Assembly: GCA_020137815.1 (NCBI GenBank)
Contig: CM035351.1
Coordinates: forward strand, 2,914,001 to 2,978,000
Origin: Hormiphora californensis
Taxonomy: Eukaryota > Animalia > Ctenophora
DNA: 64,000 nt
Direction: 5' to 3'
Shown piece by piece: positions 33,928 through 47,346 of this stretch (position 1 is the first letter of the stretch; every line of letters begins with the position of its first letter). The position numbers and the translations under genes were made by a program. The notes under the pieces were generated by a model that saw only the letters and a program-made list of their open reading frames with translations, had not been told where the DNA came from and did not search any database.

Positions 33928-36500
33928 ATGATAACTCATCGTTGTGGCGTGATATGTATCCGGTCCTTTCTCCGGCCACTCCACACAACGACACCAGCCC
34001 ACAAAATGAAGGGTTCCAAGAGAAAAGAGATCCAGGATCGGTTAGAAATAGAAACGGGAATAACAGACAAGAGTAAGAGAAGGATATTAGAGTTCGAGAG
34101 GATACCTCTGTATGGGCGGGACAGTGGGCCAAGTATCATGAGAACGGGGCCCGGTATTTTTAGACCTGACGATGTAAAAAAGAACAGAAAACAGAGGAAG
34201 AGAAACACCGCTGAAACAAGTAGTGTAGAGGAGGGAACTTCTGACAGACCCCCGATCCAGGAGACATTACATCAGGAACAACCCAAATCACAAGAACACG
34301 CATATGATACTACGGCTGATATTGGAATGTTATCACAAAGTTTTCAACCATCGGAGATACAAGACAGGGTCAGGGAGGGTTTAGCTAAAATAGAGGAGGT
34401 CTGGGTTGGTGACGGGGAGGTGAGGAACATTATTGGTGATTTGGATTCCCTTTTTGGACCTGACACATCACAACCAGAACCGATTGTAGAGAAAGAGGTG
34501 AGATTACTGAAATTGGGAAATTTTCCCCCGCGATGGCTCGGTAAATACCCCATTACCTCAGGTATTACCTGATTGTTTTAATTTTTCTGCCAATTTATGA
34601 GTTAATTAATTAATACCTCCATTCCCTAGGTAGGTCTCATTGAAACGAGGGAGGCGGCTGACTATAACATCTACTACACAGGGAAGACAGGTGAGAGGGT
34701 GATTATGGAGGATGCCCCTCTCTCTAAATACTCGCCTGGTGACCCTGCCCCTCTCGACCATATTGTGAGGTTTCTACGTGATTCAAAGTGCTTCGATAGC
34801 GAGATTATTGAGGTAAATTGGGAGGGGGACTGTGTGAATTTTGCTATTTGACTGTCCTACAATGACTTCTCCACATCTAAACTTGTCTTAAAACTGAAAG
34901 TTGAAACCCCTATTTTCCACAGGTTAGCAATAAACATAGAGCAGATCACGTGATAGTAGCATCTGTTCACAATACTCGACACATGCGAGATACCGCCCTT
35001 ACTTTCTCAAAAATGGTAAGTTTATTCCCCCCTCCATTTGGGTTTCACTTCTTAGACCGTAGCTCGTACTACTCAACTAGCCCCAGGCCCCTTTGGCTTT
35101 TATAATTGTGCTACCCAAAGCACACTGAACAGAGCAATAATGGACAGACGCAACCTTTCACACTCACCATAGACCCCAACCGCCCCGCCCCTAAAGCCAC
35201 AATCTGCCTAAAGCCAGGTTATCCCCCTAAAGCCACTTGATCCCCTAAAGCCACTTTATCTCCCTAAAGCCACGTTATCCCCATTGCAGATGTCACGTGA
35301 CTATGAGATGGATGCGACACGACGTGCCATTGGTTCCACATGGAGCTCCTTTGAACTGGGACACTGTATAGTTCACTTCATGTTACCAGTGGAGAGAGCC
35401 CGGGTTAATCTGGAGTCTTTCTGGCTGGGACAGGTAATGAGAATGATAACATTGGTCTGTCTGTATCACGCATACAATTGAAGTTTCCATGATATAGAGA
35501 CTTCTACTTTTACCAGTTACCTTGTGTGTATGGCGAACCCTCAGTGTATACAGTATACACTATATACACTGAGGGTTCGGTAGATCAACTTTTACCCACC
35601 CCATCAGGATGAGGAAGTGGTGGTTGTGGACGAGGAGAAATCATATATCGATGGCCTCTTGGAGGGTATTTTCCCTGACGAGGACTTCTCCAAACTTGCA
35701 ACACCCTTCGAGCTTGTCCGAGATGATTCAGGTAGGACCATATAACCAACTACATTTCATTGTCAATAACACTGGGGGGGGTCCAGCCCTAAAAAAAGCT
35801 AAAGGTACCCTGATTTTGGTCGATAGCGTTTTTTATTTTAGCTTTTTTTAGCTTTTTTTAGCTTTTTTTAGCTTTTTTTAGCTTTTTTTAGCCCTACTTT
35901 TTATGTTTTTTCAGCATTCATCTTGACACTTTTCCATTAAATTTTCATCCTTCCGGACGTCTATTGACTGCATTTGTTCATTTCCTGCACATTTTTTACC
36001 ATAATCTACCGTTTATGTCCATACATAGCAATTTCTGTATCCACCCCTACTGCCATTTTCTGGAGACATTTTTTCGATAAAAATATTATTCAAATTTGAT
36101 AAAAATAGTTTTAAAAAAGTTCAAAAAACGTTATAAAACGTTATAATAAAAGTTTAAAAAATTTGGCGTCAGCGGGATTCGAACCTATATGAATCCACTA
36201 AAAACTCAATTTTAGCTTTTTTTAGCTTTTTTTAGCTTTTTTTAGCCTAAAAAAAGCTAAAAAAAGCTAAAAAAAGCTAATAAAAGCTAAAAAAAGCTAA
36301 AAAAGGCTAAAAAAAGCTAAAAAAAGCTAAAAAAAAGCTAAAAAAAGCTAAAAAAAGCTAAAGGTACCCTGATTTTGGCCGTTAGCTTAGCTTTTTTTAG
36401 GGCTGGACCCCCCCCAACACTATAACTAGTTTTATTCATACCGGTCGAGAGAGGGTCGAACAACAAGGCAATAACACACATCTCCATTTCAGAGAAGTGA
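33928..36500 (+). CDS. MALSU1: RsfS/Iojap-family mitochondrial ribosome assembly factor with long N-terminal extension; 6 exons
   Basis: ADHVIVASVHNTRHM..WSSFELGHCIVHFMLPVERARVNLESFW matches the RsfS motif; presequence-like start; phases compatible. Confidence 0.75.
35774..36415. mobile_element. MITE with G8/C8 termini, internal (AAAAAAGCTA)n decamer arrays and 6-bp TSD AACACT
   Basis: TIR GGGGGGGGTCCAGCCCTAAAAAAAGCTAA; AACACT at 35768-35773 and 36416-36421. Confidence 0.88.
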
Positions 36501-37423
36501 GTTGTTGTTACTACTGGAATATACGAGTGAAGCCATCGTATCATCTGTCTGGTGGCTTAGATCAGGTAGGGGCTGCCAGACAGCGTATCGTCAACAGCAA
36601 ACTGACTATATTGAATAAATCATCAAGACTCTGGGTGTGGGTATTTAATTTTAGTTTTATATTCGGAGTGGTGTTTTGTATTGTACTGAAGAGTTTTATC
36701 CGGGACCCGGACAGTTAATTGAATTGTGGCCAGTGATCCTTGAGTTTTGTTTTTTATGAAATCAGCAGTGGTAGTACCAGTACCACATGACAGACAGTGA
36801 CACATCACACATACCGGGCAATTTGCTTGTCAGGCACTGGTATTATCTTCAGACTAGTGCGGTGAAATTACTCAACAAGGGGAAACTGAAAAGTGGGTGG
36901 GGTGCTCTATTCTGGCTCTCGTAGCCGGTATTATAATACTATCGCATCCGGCGATCTTAGCCGATAATACATTATCGGCTATGATCGCCGGATGCGATAT
37001 TTCCTTGTACCACAAGTTGTGGCAAAGCCCGGGTGTGAGCTGCGGCGAATATTTCTACAGAGCGCTGTAATTTATCGACGCGCGCCGCCGCGCCTGATCC
37101 TGATTAAGTTTTACAAGTGCAACTCATCAATTTTTTTAAGAACGCGAAATCTTTTTTGTCGTCTTTTTTAAATTTCCGTTTTCCTTCACGTTGCTGGTCT
37201 TTGGACCTTGCATACACTCGGTCTGCTGTTCTGTATAGTACATACACAACGGACAACCATACGCGATAAGGCTCCGTATGGCCTCTTAAGACTCCGCGCC
37301 TTTGAAAGGCTACCAATGTCGGGCGTCCAAACTCCCGTTCAAAAGTATATTTTAAACGCTGAAATTAAATAATAATGTTTATAAATGAACATTTCACCAC
37401 AGCTTTTATGGTTCTCTACGTCT

Positions 37424-39154
37424 ATGAAGTTATTAAGCAACCGAGTGGATAGGAGCGGCCATGGGTATATGTCATTTATCCCTGAGGAGGGGGAGGATCT
37501 GTGGCATGTTTACAATCTGATTACTGCTGGTGATGTTGTACGATGTACCACACTTAGAAAAGTTGTTACTGAAAGCTCAACAGGTTTGTCAACATTTGTA
37601 TTGGTCGTTGTTGTTGCCATTGTTGTGATTTATCCGTACAAAGCTACTTTTATTGTCCATTTTAAAGCGAATTTTAAAGCTAACCTCTGTTTTTAGGTTC
37701 CACAAACGCCCAAAGGGTGAAAACTAACCTAACGATAAGAGTTGAAACTGTAAGCTATGATGTTGAGGCTATGTCTCTAGCACTCAAGGTAGGACTATCC
37801 AGTATCCGTTTCAGATCTCTGCTGATAATCAATAATTTCTCACCAATTACACTCAATCCTGATTTCAATAATTCACTCTCTCCTCAGGGTAGGAACATAG
37901 AAGAAAACCAGTATGTTAAAATGGGTGCCTACCACACACTCTCATTAGAGTTACAAAGGAAGTTCACCCTTACAAAGGAGCACTGGGATGCAATTTCACG
38001 AGAACGCGTGGATGAGGCATGCGAGCCCGCCAAATCAGCTGATCTTGCAGCTATTGTGTTACAAGAGGGGCTTGGTTATGTGTGTCTAGTTCGGCAATCA
38101 ATGACAATAACACGAGCCAAGATAGAGATTCCCATTCCTCGGAAACGAAGGGGCAGCTGCACCAATCACGATAAAGCAATGCTGAGGTTTTTTGATGCTA
38201 TCGGCCACGCGATGGTGCGGCACATTGATTTTGCTGTGGTGAAGTGTGTGCTGGTAGCTAGCCCTGGATTCGTCAAGGTAATTATATCTTCATAACGACA
38301 ATATAATGTTGCTCTAAAGTGCCCCTTTTACATTTGTTACCCCTGATTCAGGGGCTCTCATTTACCTCCCCCCTCCTCGGTAATAACTCATTCAACCCCT
38401 CCCCCCCCCCCTCCATCGGTAGTAACTCATTCACCCCCTCCCCAGGATAAACTCATGGAGTATATCCTCTCCACGGAGCGGCCTGAGTTTAAACCACTCC
38501 AAGAGCAGAAGAGCTCCTTCGTGTTATGTCACTCGTCCTCTGGCCACAAGCACGCTGTTAGCGAGGTGCTCTCCGACCAGAACATGACCAGTAGGTTGGC
38601 TGATACTAAAGCGGCTGGGGAGGTCAGGGCTCTCACTGATTTTTATACCATGTTGAATAATGAACCTGCCCGAGCTTTCTATGGACCAGCACAGTGTCTA
38701 GCTGCTAATGAAAATGAAGCAATTGATGTTTTACTTGTAACAGGTAATTACTTGATACATTTTAACACATTTTCAGTACCAAAACATGTGTCTAAACATT
38801 GTTTAACATTGTTTTAACAGACACGTTGTTCCGATCGACGGACATCGCTGAACGGCGGAAGTATGTTCGGTTGGTAGAAAACGTGAGGGGTTATGGGGGA
38901 ACCGTTCATATATTCAGCTCCCTTCATGGATCAGGGGAAAAAGTAAGAAAACACTCTCTTTTCATTTTTATCTTGATCTTTATCCAGACTTTTTTCCTTG
39001 AATTCAAAAATTTCAAAGTTAAATCTAACACAATTGCTCTTCACAGTTAGGTTTATTATCGGGTGTAGCAGCTCTCCTCCGTTTTCCAATGCCCGAGCTG
39101 GAAGATCTGACGTTAGATGACAGCGATACGGACTCTGATGATAATGACAAATGA
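37424..39154 (+). CDS. PELO: Pelota/Dom34 ribosome rescue factor; 6 exons
   Basis: PEEGEDLWHVYNLI, KMGAYHTL, IPRKR, VASPGFVK, HSSSGHKH, SSLHGSGEKLGLLSGVAALLRFP. Confidence 0.97.
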
Positions 39155-39525
39155 TTGTGTATGTGTGTGTGTATGTGATTAGTAAGTTATTAGAGAGGGT
39201 TTAATAATAATTATATACACAAGATTGTCATCTGATTTTGAAGTAATTAGGTGTTTGGGTATGTTAAGAGTTATGTTACATTTCATTCGATCATCACACT
39301 ACTATTTATAACTGGGTAATATATATATATTCCATCAAAACCGACTACGATTGATTCCAATAGCTTAGTGATAGATATATTTGAGCGGGTTTTAATAACT
39401 AGTTTCCTAATTTTATACTGCCTGGTTGGCAGGGAATAGTGTTGTTTTAAGTTGTGTTAAGAATTTACATCACTTTATTACGTTTTACGTTAAACTATAT
39501 TTATTAGCTAGCACACTCAGCGATC

Positions 39526-42500
39526 ATGGAGAAGAAACGTGGTTTTGATGACATTGCCGGGGACATTGAATCCACCGTTGACCAAGCCCTGAAGAGGGCT
39601 AAAAATGGGGAAGTACGATTCCGTATGCTCTTCATTAGCGATGTAAGTGATTTGATTAGCAATTAATTATTACTGTTGTTTAATTTGAGGAGAGGGATGT
39701 TCAAATCATTGTTTGGTTCCTGGGTATTTTAGTCCTTATTACAAATTCAAGACTAACCCCCCCCTCCCCCCCCCCCCCCCCCCAGAATGTTGGAAAGGTG
39801 ATCGGAAAGAACGGTGAGAACCTGAAGTACGCCCGTGAGATCCTATCCAGCAAGGTAAGCCCACCATTATCTCTCCCTGATTCCCTCCTTTTCACGACCC
39901 TTTAAAACTAACTCACCGTCCCATCCCCGTTCTTCTTACACTACCTTCTTTCCCCCAAGGCCCATGTCCGAGTTCCTGAAATCCCAGCAAATTGTTCTAA
40001 CAAAGACAGGTTATTACAAAGTTAAACATTCTATCTTTAACAAGAGAAAGAACGATACATTCTATCTTTCTGTCTCCTCTGAATTCTCTTTCTAACTGAA
40101 GCTACAGCTGGTAATGTATAATATCAGCACATCTTCTTCTAAGAGATAAGAGTCAAGTTGGTTGGTAGTTACAGTTTCGGGTAGTATGGTAGTTCGAAAC
40201 TACTATACTACCCAGTTTCGTCCCAGTTTCGTTCTTGAAAAACAGTTTTCTGTCTTGAAATAGCTTCTTGTCTATATTCCAGTATGATCTTATCTTGATA
40301 CCCCTACCATCCCCAGGATTCTAATGGTGACCTGTGCTATGGATGATGTACCTGATCTTATTACCAACATTGCTCCAAACTTCTGGAATGTAAGTGCTAG
40401 TTAATTGATGTCTAATTATCTTGATAACACCACTAATTAGACTCGTTACCCACCCAATTATTGTATCTCAACCCCGGCCCCCCCTCCTGACAGGGTATCA
40501 ATGAGAAGAAGCTGAACATGCTGATTCCCTGTGATCTTGCCGGAGCTATTCTCGGACAAAAGGGAGAAAACTTGAAACAGATCCGAGATAAGAGCGGCTG
40601 CAAAGTTCGAATGTTTAAAGAGAAACTCCCATTCTCGGATGAGAGAATTCTAGAGATCCTGGGCACGGAGAGTATGCTAGGTAACATGAGTGAGGTTCTT
40701 GTGGAAGTACTCAAGACGATGCAGGATCGGCCCATGACCCATGACTACATCCGGTATGTGCCACATGTGTGTGTGGATGCTGATTATGCGGAGAAGCAGT
40801 GTGGAGGTTACCATAAAGCGTTCCTGGAGGCTCGGGGTGGAGTGTCCGCTCAACTGAATAACAGCTACGGAGGACATGGTATGTGAAATTAAATGTGATA
40901 ATGTGTGGCTCACGCTTTATTTTATTTCATAAAATGACGCAGAGAGCGAGCACGCTGTGATGGTTCCGTAGATCAAGTGTGATAATGACCCACTTTCAAT
41001 GTAGGCCAGGGATGCCATTTGTCACCATGATTACCCTCCCCCCCTCCGGTCCCCCTTTAATTGCGTATTTTAAAACCTATAACGTGGTTTGGGCTTCAGT
41101 TTGGGCCAAAACTTGAGACATCAGTAGAAAATTACCCACTGAATACCAGACAAAATGTTCGAAGACGGTATTTAGGAACTTAGCTGGCAACCCCTATATA
41201 TATTTATATACGCTGTGAGCAAGCGGGTGTTTTGTTTTCGAGGGACGTTTGCGCTTGCCAGCGCAGTGATCCATTTCAAAGTAAGGATCGGCCTAACATC
41301 TACATTTTGAACAGATACTAGTGTCAACATTCTTTTTTTCATATCTCGCACACAGTTCAACTATCAGAGCCTTCCTTTTCTCTTTTGTGGTACTTGTTGG
41401 TGTTGGTTGATGTTGTAGTAGTCTTCTAAACCAAATTGTGAGGGGTAATAGGAAGATGTTACAGGGGAAGAGAAACGGCTGTCCGTAGTTGTAGTACTGA
41501 GAAATGGGATTAAAGTGAGAGTGGACAGAATCAGAATTTGACAACTTTGTTGGAGGTTGTAGAGATTAGTTCTATGAGCATTTTGCCTTTTTGCTGCTCA
41601 AAATCGACCCATCCATCACTGAGATATTTTTGTTACTCTCGGGGAACTCCTGTTTAATCAGTATGTATAAAACAGAATTATATAAACAATCGTCGGGTTT
41701 TACTAACACATTCTGAATAAAAGCAGTAAGGTTGACATGTCCATGCACAGAAGCAGAACAATGCAAGTCAGCATAATTAAAATTTAAAGAAGGTGTTAGT
41801 AAAACACAAGGATTGTTTCTATCCTGTTTGATAAATATTGATCCAGCAGGAATTCCCCGAGAGTAACAAAAATATCTCAGTGATGGATAGGTCGATTTTG
41901 AGCGGCAAAATGCTCATAGAACTAATCTCTACTACCTACCAAAACTTGTCCAATTCTGATTCTGTCCACTATCACTTTAGAACAGGCTTCCATATGTTTA
42001 ATGTTTATTTTAAGCAATATTACGGCACATAATCGTTCTACTTACGTCAAGAGTAACTGCCCGGGAGAATCTCCATTCCAAATCCCTATTAGCCTTATGA
42101 TACTCATAAGAAGAATTCATCATGGCGATGAGAACATTCAGCATAATTATCACGGATATGAACAGGTACAGAAACATAACTACTCCCAACCAATTATTAG
42201 TCCGAGTGGAGTTTTCCAAATCTTCATCGATATGCAGATCCTATGGGGAGAAGGGGTGATTAGCACATCAAATATACACAGGGCCAGGTAAAAGTGAAAA
42301 GTATCTTAACGCATCAGGTAATGCCTTATTACCGAATTACAGGCAGGGAAAATGCGATGAAGGTTCTCTATCTTTTTATCATCATGCGGTTGCTATCTAT
42401 CTAATCCCAATCTTTCACTGGGTAACTGCTTTTTACTCACACTTAGCCCGGATTGACCAACGAGCGAATATGTCAAAAACATAATTATTTCATACTCCAT

Positions 42501-45500
42501 TTCAATCGTGATGTTTACGCCATTCGATTCTGTTGTGTTACCAGTTGCCGATACATCCAAGCTGTTTTCTCGTATCATCTTTGCCGATACGATGACACTT
42601 AGTACGGCCAAGGCAGCTCCCAAGATTGCAACAAACACAAATAAAACTAAAAACCTGATGATGTCTGGCAGGAGATACCGAATCGATAAAACTAGGCTCC
42701 CGAAATTCTCATCAATGAATTCTATGAACCTAAAAAAGATGAGAGGTGCACAAAACGCTGCTATGGAAAGATAATAACTGGCATAGTAAGAATATTTATC
42801 CTCTCCAACATGGTCTCCAGCTATAGACAATATGGTTGAGATCAGGAACAGAAACGTTATAACCATGTCGAAAATGTACCATCCTTTTTCGGAGTATCGT
42901 TTGAATCTTTGATGTATGTACTGGTCAATAGCGAGGATCATTCGGGTGAGAGCACAGATAGCCACTACCGGGCTGGCACTACCGTTAGGCTGCCCCACAT
43001 AGAAGTTAACTATCACGAGAAAGATGAAATAGTTGACATACTCCGTTATGAAACAGAGTGCCGGGTTCATGATAAATTGCATGTGGTCTCCAAACCGATA
43101 TTCGGACCCTCTCTTATCGAGGCCTGTACAGTGGAGTATTAAGTAATACGGTAGAAGAATGAAGCTGAAGAACCACTTTGCTGCAATATGGGGTATGGAA
43201 TTGTTCCTTAACAAATCCATGTAACACTGATCTCGAATGAGCGACTGAGTGAGGGGATGTGATATGAAGATCTTGTTCATACAGTCCATGGAAAGTTGTA
43301 TAACATTCTCGCCATTCTCCCCTAAAAATAAAATCCTTGCTTCGCTCCTACGATCACAACAATCTAAGAACTGGTAAGTGAACTTGTCTGCGTCCTCTGC
43401 TAAACTCTGTAGCTCTTTCTTGTAAGATGTACCCGCATTTATCACATCTAATAGGATGCTTTTAACCTCTGCGGCCGAAGTAATGGGGTCCCGGCATTGC
43501 AGGTAGGATTTGGTAGTTAGGAGAATCCGGAGGGGTTGAACTCTGAATATCGGGTCGTCACTTTTGAGAAAGGGCGGGATTAGATTTCTTACTGCTTGTG
43601 ATAAGTTGGCACCAGCATTTAATAGGGAATCAATTGAGGAAGTTTCCTCTTTGACGGCAGCGACACTAAGTGGGCTCTCCCCATCCTCATTGACATGATT
43701 TGGATTCCCGCCGTATTTCAAGATCAGGGCCACTGCCTCAGGGCTGGTTCGTGATGCAACTATCAAGGGTGTGTCTCCATTACCACTCTCATCCAATAAG
43801 TTGGCGAGAGTATTCTCCGAAAGCTCGGAGCAGCCAATTCTGGGCTCTTTCTGGACTCGTGATCCATGCCGATTTAGTAGGTCCTCCAACTCCTCTAATT
43901 TCTCATCCTTGATAAGATCTGAGACCTCTTTAAATGTTACCAGACTTGTCAGACCCAGACTACTCCGGACACTACCATGTCGATCTACCATCGTTAAATA
44001 ACACAAAATACAACAACCAATATAATAGTGGGCTTACTGAATTGTGTCATGTGTGCTATAACGAGGGGGGGGGATTCATGATCTTATTGGTTCGATAATC
44101 GACGCCGTGCCAAAATTGGTCAGAGACCCGCTAGGTACCCACCCCCTAAAAATTACCACAGGCAATACAACAACCATCATAATAGTGGGCTTACTGAATT
44201 GTGTCATGTGTGCTATAACGAGGGGAGCTGTTCATGATCTTATTGGTTCGACGCCATGCCAAAATTTGTCAAAGACCGGGTCTCTGACCAATTTTGGCAT
44301 GGCGTCGAACCAATAAGGTCTCTGAGACCCGCTAGGTACCCACCCCCTAAAAAATTACCACAGGCAATACAACAACCATCATAATAGTGGGCTTACTGAA
44401 TTGTGTGCTACTAGTGGACCCCGGCCATCCTACGGCAATCGATCAATTGCTCAAGCAAAGTACTCTAAATATCCCCCTTCCTCGTTCTTTTCATTTTCTC
44501 AATTTCCTCTTATCTTAATCCAACCCACTCCATCTCCCTGCTTTCTCTCTCTGCTATATCTCTATCTATCTATCTATCTCTCTATCTCCCTACCTTTTGC
44601 TCTCACTATTTTTCTGTATCTATCGTGATCTTTGTCTCTACTCCAACCCAAAGGCTGAAAATACAAGCAAAATAGCGTGGCCATTTTGGGCACTTTCTTC
44701 ACCTCGGTTGAAGTGGAAAATATTTTTGGTGTTTCTTGGACCGCATAGGAGTACTTACTATAGTCGAATTTTTTAATAAAGGGACAGGGGGCCGCGCATT
44801 TACAAAAGTCTTTTTGCGCATGCTAAACGTTTTCGCTCATATCTCCAGTTCCTGATAAGATAAAGACTTGATCTTGGTTGCATTGAAAAGGTCTTAAAAT
44901 TATCTTTCCAACGCTTCTGGGTTCAAGTCTTAAGATTGCCAGGAACTTGATCTCGATTATCACGCACAAAAAGACTTTTGAAAATGTGCGGCCCCCTGTC
45001 CCTTGATTAAAAAATTCGACTTTATGTAAGTGGAAAACCTTTGTTATGTCTCAGTTCACCAAATGGCCCCAAAATGACAAAAAATCCATGGCCTAATGTG
45101 TCAAAAGTATCCAAAAATTATAAGCTTTCAATTTTAGTTTCGTCTTCTAAACCTCCCTCCCTCCCTGTTATAGACAACAGCACCAACTACACGACCGGTG
45201 GTGGTGGCGGAGCATCAGAGGGGTACCAGAACTACTCCGGTTACCCGGGATACGGCCAGAATACCAGTGGTAACCAGGGTAACGCCCAAGGTAACACGGG
45301 AGGTAACTATGGTAACTCGGGTGGTAACGGTTACACTGGTTACAGCCAGACATATGGTGGTCAAACCGGTGGTGGAGCAGGGTACGATGGCTGGGAGGGG
45401 TACTATAACCAATACGGACAGGGACAACAAGATTACAATAACAACAATACCGCTGCAGCTAACCAGGTGAGTGTTTCTGTCTGTGTCTGTCTGTCTGTCT

Positions 45501-47035
45501 GTTTGTGTCTGTCTGTCTGTCTATCTCTCTTTCTGCCTATCTGTCTTGTGTCTCTTCCCCATACTAACACGACGTCTCCCGAATACCAAACAGAGTGGGG
45601 GAGACCAATGGAACAGCAGTGGCTACAACAAGGATGCCTCGACCTACGCCCGACCTGGATCTCCCACCCCTACCACTCCGTCCTCCAGAGCAGGGGGCAG
45701 GATGAGCCCACGGGGCGGTAGGGCCCGCTCTCGATCACCTCCACCCAGGTTAGTGATGACGTCATTACGTCACAAAGACAACCTCATAAATACATTGTAC
45801 TGCTCAGTGTTAAGCAATTACTCTTTTTCGTTACACAAGTCACATAACTAACTAACTTTTCATTCCACCAGATCTATACTGGAGGAGTTTATGAGGGAGG
45901 AGATAACGAAAGAGTTCATGCTTGATAATACCATTACTGCCAATGTTATCGGACCCAAGGGATCTAGAATCTCCGCTATCAGACAACAAACCACCGCTAT
46001 GATCAAAATCGGTAAGTTCTGGTTAAAGGATAACAGTGAACTTCGATTAAAATAAGTTAAAACTGCTTAACAAACAAAGGCAATTCGATAATGTCAGATT
46101 AGAGTTCTGAGGGTAACATTAATGTAACATTTTAGCATTAATGTAACACACTAACATTCACCAGGTGATGATGAGAGTGTTGCTGAGGGTAAGAGGAAGA
46201 TGGTTATCTCTGGAACTCTGAAGGAAGTCATGTGGGCTTTCAACGCCGTGAAAAGGCTGATCAAGGTGCGTTTCAGTACCTTTACATCCCACAGACCCAC
46301 AAATGATTTGAAAAGTGGAGTGTATTACCAGTTTCCAGTAGATGGTCCCATGTTAAACACAATGCCCCTCTCATAGGATGCTGAAGATGAGATAAGGGGG
46401 CCAGGTGTACCAGGGGAGGTACAACCAGGACAAGGTGGAGGACAAGCCCCTGTTAGCAAAATGATGGAACAAGCCCAAACAGTCCTACCCTTCACACCAT
46501 CTGAAGACGTAAGTCAAACCATGAATTTTCAGAATATTTTGGGATATTTTAGTCAAAGAATGTCAACTCGTACATCTACTTTGACCTTGAACGCTTGGTA
46601 ACATATTCACTCTCCCGGATTAGATTTCTGAAGAGCCAGTTGACAAGGATATAACGATACCAAACAAGAATGTTGGTCAGGTTCTGGGACGAAGGGCGGC
46701 CATCATTAGTGAGATCAGGAACACCAGTAACTGCAAAATCATCATCGGTAATCAATCAATCAATAATATTGGTGATATAGATATAGTCAGTAGTGATGCC
46801 CCATTTTATTGGGTGGGGGATTATATAAACTGTGTCGCTATTTTATCCTATAACTTGGTATACTAGTTTTTAACCCTAAATGTTTTTAGAGAAAGACGGA
46901 GAGGTGGTGGGCGATGATAGAAAGATAAAGATAACAGGAAAGCCAAAAGATGTTCATCTTGCAGAGTACCTCATTTCAGCCGTACAAATGATGCCCAAAG
47001 ACGCGTCCTACAAACTTGGACTACTACAACACTAA
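39526..47035 (+). CDS. hnRNP K/PCBP-like RNA-binding protein with four KH domains and a G/Y/N/Q-rich linker; 12 exons
   Basis: VIGKNGENLK, ILGQKGENLKQIR, VIGPKGSRISAIR, VLGRRAAIISEIR; all exon phases compatible. Confidence 0.85.
41293..43991 (-). CDS. TRPC-like ankyrin cation channel; 3 exons (43991-42441, 42240-42046, 41496-41293), nested antisense in KH-gene intron 5
   Basis: Ankyrin repeats (GDTPLIVA, GESPLSVAA), six TM region, LNVLIAMMNSSY, TRP box EWRFSR, QPFLFPCNI. Confidence 0.88.
41513..41978. mobile_element. MITE with ~135-bp inverted arms in TRP intron 2
   Basis: 41513-41652 is complementary to 41847-41978. Confidence 0.8.
44010..44408. repeat. Three imperfect direct repeats plus an internal ~80-bp hairpin just upstream of the TRP gene
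   Basis: acaacc..ataatagtgggcttactgaattgtgt at ~44013, ~44172, ~44373; hairpin 44240-44317. Confidence 0.75.
44763..45022. mobile_element. Foldback MITE related to 669-888
   Basis: gtcgaatttttt..gggacagggggccgc / gcggccccctgtccc..aaaaattcgac. Confidence 0.75.
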
Positions 47036-47346
47036 TGTGTGACACTATTATATTGTTAACTTGATGCTCGAGTGTGTGCGTGTGTGTTTTCCCCCCATTT
47101 ATTTTATCATAAATTAACTTTTATCCACAATCTCTTCTCTCTATAAAAAGTGGTACATTTTACAAGCCGTGTAGTTTATTCTCCCTCCTCTCTCTATTCT
47201 CCCTCCTCTCTACCCCTCTCCCTCCCTCTGTCACTATATCTCCCTCACCTCTCTCTCTATTCATCTATCCCTAATCTCTCCCCCTCTATTAATCTATCGC
47301 CCTCTCCCCATGTAAAGTTTAACTTCTCTCTCTCCATTATAGCAAG

